A stretch of DNA of 64,000 nucleotides, taken from contig JASBSU010000003.1 of the NCBI GenBank assembly GCA_030148725.1, positions 31,553-95,552 of the forward strand. Reading direction: 5' to 3'. The first letter of the stretch is position 1; each line of letters starts with the position of its first letter. This DNA comes from Hyphomicrobium sp. Its GTDB lineage: Bacteria; Pseudomonadota; Alphaproteobacteria; Rhizobiales; Hyphomicrobiaceae. The translations under genes were made by a program, and so were the position numbers. Below the pieces are notes generated by a model that ran no database searches, was not told the origin of the DNA, and saw only the letters and a list, made by a program, of their open reading frames with translations. Below, one piece after another: positions 59,673 through 64,000 of this stretch.

Positions 59673-60197
59673 GGGCGCTACTCGAAATACATGAAGCCGC
59701 CAAGCGCCCACGCTAGCGGCACGCCCTATCGTTTTCGACAGATTATCGAAAGCAGACAGATGTTCAGCACACGCCGTGACAACCCTGCAACGATGCAACA
59801 AGCGTTGCAGTGCACACGGCGGTTGTCGCTAATGCGCACTGCGGTTGCACTTCCGGAAAACACAACCCCTCGGTCAGTGGCCTCCGCCGCAATCGGAACG
59901 CCCTTCAGGAAAGAACTCGAACGAACAGGCAGGCATAACGCTTTGGCGCGAATGGTCGACGAGAGGATCGCGTTTTGGCCAAACACTTGCGTCGCGCAAT
60001 ACCGAATTGAACGGTTTTCGATCCTGGTTGGCCTTCTCCTATTCCGCCAAACTCGCGCAGGGCGCGCATGACGGCGACAACGCCCGCAAACGGCACCGCG
60101 GAGTCCTGCAATCTTGTAACGCTTCCTTCACTGCCGCAGCCGATAGGGATGCGGTCGGAACGATTGCTAACTGCGCCGAGAGGCCAGTTGAGCGACA

Positions 60198-61496
60198 ATG
60201 CTGAAGCACTCGAGTGGCACCAGCGTTTGCATGCACAGGTTCGGTCTGCACCCAAATCCATCAAGCCGATGCGCCGCTCCAGCGGTGGTCGGACTGCTCG
60301 ACGCTGAGATCGAGCGCTATCAGAACGCCAGTGTCAATCTGCGCTCGCTGGCCCCGTGGTTTGCGCCCAAACTCGAATGCAAGTTCATCACCGACACCAA
60401 CGACGCGCGAAAACGCGACCTCAGCTTTGCGATCGCCCTCGGCAGTTTTTTTTACTTCCTCAGCGCGGTGACCGACATCGCGTTCTTACCCGATGCCGGT
60501 CTTGACGGCTTTTGGCTGCGGCTGATCGCGCTGCCCGTGCTGCTGGCCGCGCTCATCATCGGACCGCGACTGCGCCCACGGCGCCGCGAGTTGCTGGCGG
60601 CAGTTGCAGCAGGTTCGGTCGTCTGTGTGCTGGCCGTAATTCCATTCCTCTCGGCTACTCCCCAAAGCGCATTCGCACTGACGAACGCGATGCTGGCGCT
60701 GGTCTACGCGAACACCACGCTCGAACTTCGCTTTGGCAAGGCGTGCATCTTCACGCTTTTCAGCTCCATATTGATCGTCGCGATGGCAATTTTACCCTCG
60801 CACGGCACAATGGAAATGGGCTTGGCGATAACACTGCAAATTTTCGTCGCCGCCACCTTCAGTCTGATCGCCAATTTTCGCAGCGAACGCCGCGAACGGT
60901 TCACCTATCTGTTGGCGACCCGCGAAGCTCTGCGCGCCGCAGCGCTGGCCGCCGACCGTGAAAAACTCACCACACTATCGAATACCGATGCGTTGACGGG
61001 ACTTCGCAACCGAGGCTCCTTCAACCGGTACTGCCTCGGCACGTTTGCCAATCCGGATTATCGAAACGTCACCGTCGCGGTGATCATGATCGATGTCGAT
61101 CATTTCAAGCAGTACAACGATCATCATGGCCATATCGCCGGCGATGCGTGCTTGCGCGCCGTCGCCCAGCAGATCTCGAGCGAAACCCGCAGCAACGAAG
61201 ACATCGTTGCGCGCTACGGCGGCGAGGAGTTCATCGTCCTGCTCACCCACATCACCCCGGGTCAGGCAGAAAGTCTCGCGCAGCGCATCTGCCTCGCCGT
61301 TCAGGACCTCAAGCTGCTACACTCAGGTCGCAGCGATGGCAACGCCCACGTGACCGTCAGCGTCGGCGTCGCGTCGGGGGTCGTTCCCGCGCCGAGCAGC
61401 ATAGTCGATCTTATCGAAGCAGCTGACAGCGCTCTCTACGCCGCCAAACGCAACGGCCGCAATCGATGCGAGACGGCATTCGCGGAGGCTGCCTAG
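60198..61496 (+). CDS. Membrane-bound diguanylate cyclase (GGDEF)
   Basis: Several TM helices, TDALTGL.NR, MIDVDHFK.YND..GH..GD, RYGGEEF; start uncertain. Confidence 0.88.
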   Translation: MLKHSSGTSVCMHRFGLHPNPSSRCAAPAVVGLLDAEIERYQNASVNLRSLAPWFAPKLECKFITDTNDARKRDLSFAIALGSFFYFLSAVTDIAFLPDAGLDGFWLRLIALPVLLAALIIGPRLRPRRRELLAAVAAGSVVCVLAVIPFLSATPQSAFALTNAMLALVYANTTLELRFGKACIFTLFSSILIVAMAILPSHGTMEMGLAITLQIFVAATFSLIANFRSERRERFTYLLATREALRAAALAADREKLTTLSNTDALTGLRNRGSFNRYCLGTFANPDYRNVTVAVIMIDVDHFKQYNDHHGHIAGDACLRAVAQQISSETRSNEDIVARYGGEEFIVLLTHITPGQAESLAQRICLAVQDLKLLHSGRSDGNAHVTVSVGVASGVVPAPSSIVDLIEAADSALYAAKRNGRNRCETAFAEAA

Positions 61497-61536
61497 CTCA
61501 GCGCGAAAATGGCAGACGCCATCCTGTCGATAGCTG

Positions 61537-62781
61537 CTATCGCCCGACACGGAAAATGTTGCGCGCCCCTTCCACCCACACGACGACGGCGAGCGCAAGC
61601 GCACCCAGCGCGAGGTAGCCGAGCGCCATCGGCAGCACGGACCCGTCGAACAGATGCCCGATGATCCCGCCCGCCAGCGCCCCGACGCCAGTCGACAGGA
61701 ACCCGACGATCGACGACGCCATGCCCGCGTTGTCGCCCTGCGGCTCCATGGCCAGCGCATTGAAGTTCGGCGCGATGAAGCCGAACAGCAGGAACAGCGG
61801 CATCATGAGCCCCATGAAGAGCCAGAAATTGACGCCGCCAGAAAATGCCACTGCGGAAAGAAGCGCCGACGTCGCGGTGAACAGCGCCAGTGCCACGTGT
61901 GAAAGGCGGCGCATGCCGAAGCGCGCCACGAGCATGGCATTGGTGACGGACGCCACCGCGATCATGATCGCGGTCGCCCCGAAAGCGAGCGGAAAGAGAT
62001 CGCCCAACTGGTAGACGTCGACGAACACCTGCTGCGCACTGCTCACGTAGCTGAGGACCGTGCCGAACACCAACCCGCCGGCGAATCCGTAGCCGATCGT
62101 CTGCGGCATCTCGATCACATGCCGCGCCGCCTCTGCCAGTGGCAACGGCTTGCGGCAGTTGTTCGATGCCGTCTCCGGCAGTCTCAACCCCGACCAAAGG
62201 GCGACCACGATCCCCGCGACGAACAGGAAGTCGAACACGAGGCGCCATGACCCGACCTGCAGGAGCCCCTGCCCGATCGACGGCGCCAGCACCGGAATGA
62301 TGATGAACACGGCCATGGCAAACGACATCACGCGCGCCATCTCCCGGCCCGCATAACGATCGCGCACCAGGGCAACCGCGATCACGCGCGGAGCGGCGGC
62401 GCCGATGCCCTGCACGGTGCGTGCAACGAGCATGGTCGCGAACCCGGACGTGACCGCAGCAACGAGCGAGCCCGCGATGAAGATGGCCATACCCGCCAAC
62501 AGCACCGGCTTGCGTCCGTAGATGTCCGACAGCCGCCCGTAGACGAGCTGGCCGACCGAGAACCCCAGCATGTAGATGACGATGACGATCTGCCGGTCGT
62601 TGGCATTGGCGAGCCCCAGCGCATCGCCGATCTGCGGAAGCGCCGGAAGCATCACATCCACCGAAAGCGCGGTCAGCGCCATCATCGTCGCGACCAGCAG
62701 AATGAACTCGCCACGCGACATCGTCTCGTCGAAAGCTCGTGTCTGCGCCGCAAACTGGCGGTCGCCCTGAGGCGCGTTCAT
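61537..62781 (-). CDS. Bcr/CflA-family MFS drug:H+ antiporter
   Basis: ALSVDVMLPALP, YGRLSDIYGRKPV motif A, ARVMS, PSIG. Confidence 0.88.
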   Translation of the reverse strand: MNAPQGDRQFAAQTRAFDETMSRGEFILLVATMMALTALSVDVMLPALPQIGDALGLANANDRQIVIVIYMLGFSVGQLVYGRLSDIYGRKPVLLAGMAIFIAGSLVAAVTSGFATMLVARTVQGIGAAAPRVIAVALVRDRYAGREMARVMSFAMAVFIIIPVLAPSIGQGLLQVGSWRLVFDFLFVAGIVVALWSGLRLPETASNNCRKPLPLAEAARHVIEMPQTIGYGFAGGLVFGTVLSYVSSAQQVFVDVYQLGDLFPLAFGATAIMIAVASVTNAMLVARFGMRRLSHVALALFTATSALLSAVAFSGGVNFWLFMGLMMPLFLLFGFIAPNFNALAMEPQGDNAGMASSIVGFLSTGVGALAGGIIGHLFDGSVLPMALGYLALGALALAVVVWVEGARNIFRVGR

Positions 62782-63081
62782 GAGGTCCACACTCTTGTAG
62801 TTTTGAAGGCCACCTTGTGGGGCCGCGGACGGGCGCTCTTGTAGGTCATCAGGCTTGGCGAATTCGTGGCTTGCGCCGCGCGCCGCCCGCTCCTGAGCCC
62901 AGAGCTCAAAGGCTGGAAGTGCCAAGCCTCATATGGGAGCAGTGCATGGCCAATGCGAGGCGACCAGGATGCCACAGGTTGGCAGATATGCCGCACTAGG
63001 GCCTAAATCCTCCGCGCACGGCGCTGGCCGCTGCGCTATATTTCTCTCATTGCAAATCATAGAGATTCGGAGCCGCCGGCC

Positions 63082-64000
63082 GTGCTTAAATATTCTTCCT
63101 CCGTTGCCTCTGCCCTCTGCCGCCGCGCCCCTTTGACGGCATGCGGCCTCGTGGTTGCCTTCCTGACGACGCTGGCCGCTGACGTGCTGCTGGCCGCGCA
63201 GCCGGCGATGGCGCAGCAGGGCTTCGGGAACTTCTTCACTTACCAATCGCCCAAGCCGCGCCGCGTGGCCAAGAAGAAGCGCGCGACGCCGCAGGAAGAG
63301 ACGCAGCAAGCCACCAAGACTCCCACCGATCCAGCTACGAAGAAGGCAGCCGAAAAGAGCGGCCCCGCGCAACCGGTCTACGTCATCGTCTCCCTGAAGG
63401 ACCAGCACGCCTCGATCTATGACGCCAACGGGTTCGTCACGCGGACGCGCGTATCCACGGGACAGGCCGGACACCGCACGCCCTCTGGCGTCTTCAGCGT
63501 CATCGGCAAGAAGCGCTTCCACCGCTCGAACATCTACTCGGGTGCACCGATGCCCTGGATGCAGCGCATCACCTGGTCAGGCGTCGCCATGCACGCCGGC
63601 GTCGTCCCGGGCTATCCCGCGTCCCATGGTTGCATCCGCCTTCCGGCTGGGTTCGCACCGCAGCTCTACAAAATGACCGAGATGGGCGCGCGCGTCGTCG
63701 TCTCGCCGACGGATGTGCGCCCTGTCGAATTCTCGCATCCGTTCTTGCCGACGCCGAAGATGCACGAGCCCCCCGCGATCCCGGCCTCGCCCGCGCAGCA
63801 AGCGGCAAACGGCACGGCTGTTGAGCTCGCCAGCATGGACACCGCAGCCGTAGGAAGCAGCACCGCTCCCGCCGCCCCGCAGCTGTTGAACCCCATCGCT
63901 TACGCCAAGGCGCTGAAGCAGCGCGCGCTGGCCGACAAGGCCGCAGCCGACCTTACCGCCAAGAATGCCCTTGCCGCGGCGCAGGCCGCGGGCGCCGAGG
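63082..64000 (+). CDS. L,D-transpeptidase (YkuD family), runs off the window end; missing from the ORF track
   Basis: VSTG..GH.TP.GVFSVI.K...H.SNIY..APMP.MQR.TWSG.AMHAG.VPGYPASHGCIRL; GTG start at 63082. Confidence 0.9.
   Translation, partial: MLKYSSSVASALCRRAPLTACGLVVAFLTTLAADVLLAAQPAMAQQGFGNFFTYQSPKPRRVAKKKRATPQEETQQATKTPTDPATKKAAEKSGPAQPVYVIVSLKDQHASIYDANGFVTRTRVSTGQAGHRTPSGVFSVIGKKRFHRSNIYSGAPMPWMQRITWSGVAMHAGVVPGYPASHGCIRLPAGFAPQLYKMTEMGARVVVSPTDVRPVEFSHPFLPTPKMHEPPAIPASPAQQAANGTAVELASMDTAAVGSSTAPAAPQLLNPIAYAKALKQRALADKAAADLTAKNALAAAQAAGAE

Overview
High-GC alphaproteobacterial chromosomal segment. Gene order and content suggest Hyphomicrobiales, probably Hyphomicrobium-like (inference). 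Most of it is core genome: ftsE(partial)-ftsX-ydcF-plsC; class II ribonucleotide reductase nrdJ; chaC-tyrA-hisC; SAM-II riboswitch-metX-metW; the Fo ATP synthase operon atpIBE-b'-b; ispH-thrB-rnhA; peroxiredoxin/DsbD-N/yqgE; a large membrane PAS-GGDEF-EAL protein; rimJ-M16 peptidase-thrC; the aa3 cytochrome oxidase cluster; ialB, phasin and bcsS; a TetR-RND efflux operon; a DevBCA-like ABC exporter; pabB; a lipid A modification set; mgtC; initiator tRNA-Met; a small accessory patch (GT25, GGDEF, MFS); and a partial L,D-transpeptidase. I saw no CRISPR array, integrase or transposase. The most unusual locus lies around nrdJ (3230-6800). Two small genes, a Lys/Ala histone-tail-like peptide and a Cys zinc-ribbon peptide, start back-to-back on the same palindromic CATG. 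Next to them are tandem LexA-like boxes, a sigma70 promoter and an NrdR-like box, and a degenerate GIY-YIG-like gene follows nrdJ. coxA carries a single-base frameshift, which may be a sequencing error. All family assignments come from motif recognition by eye, not from database searches.
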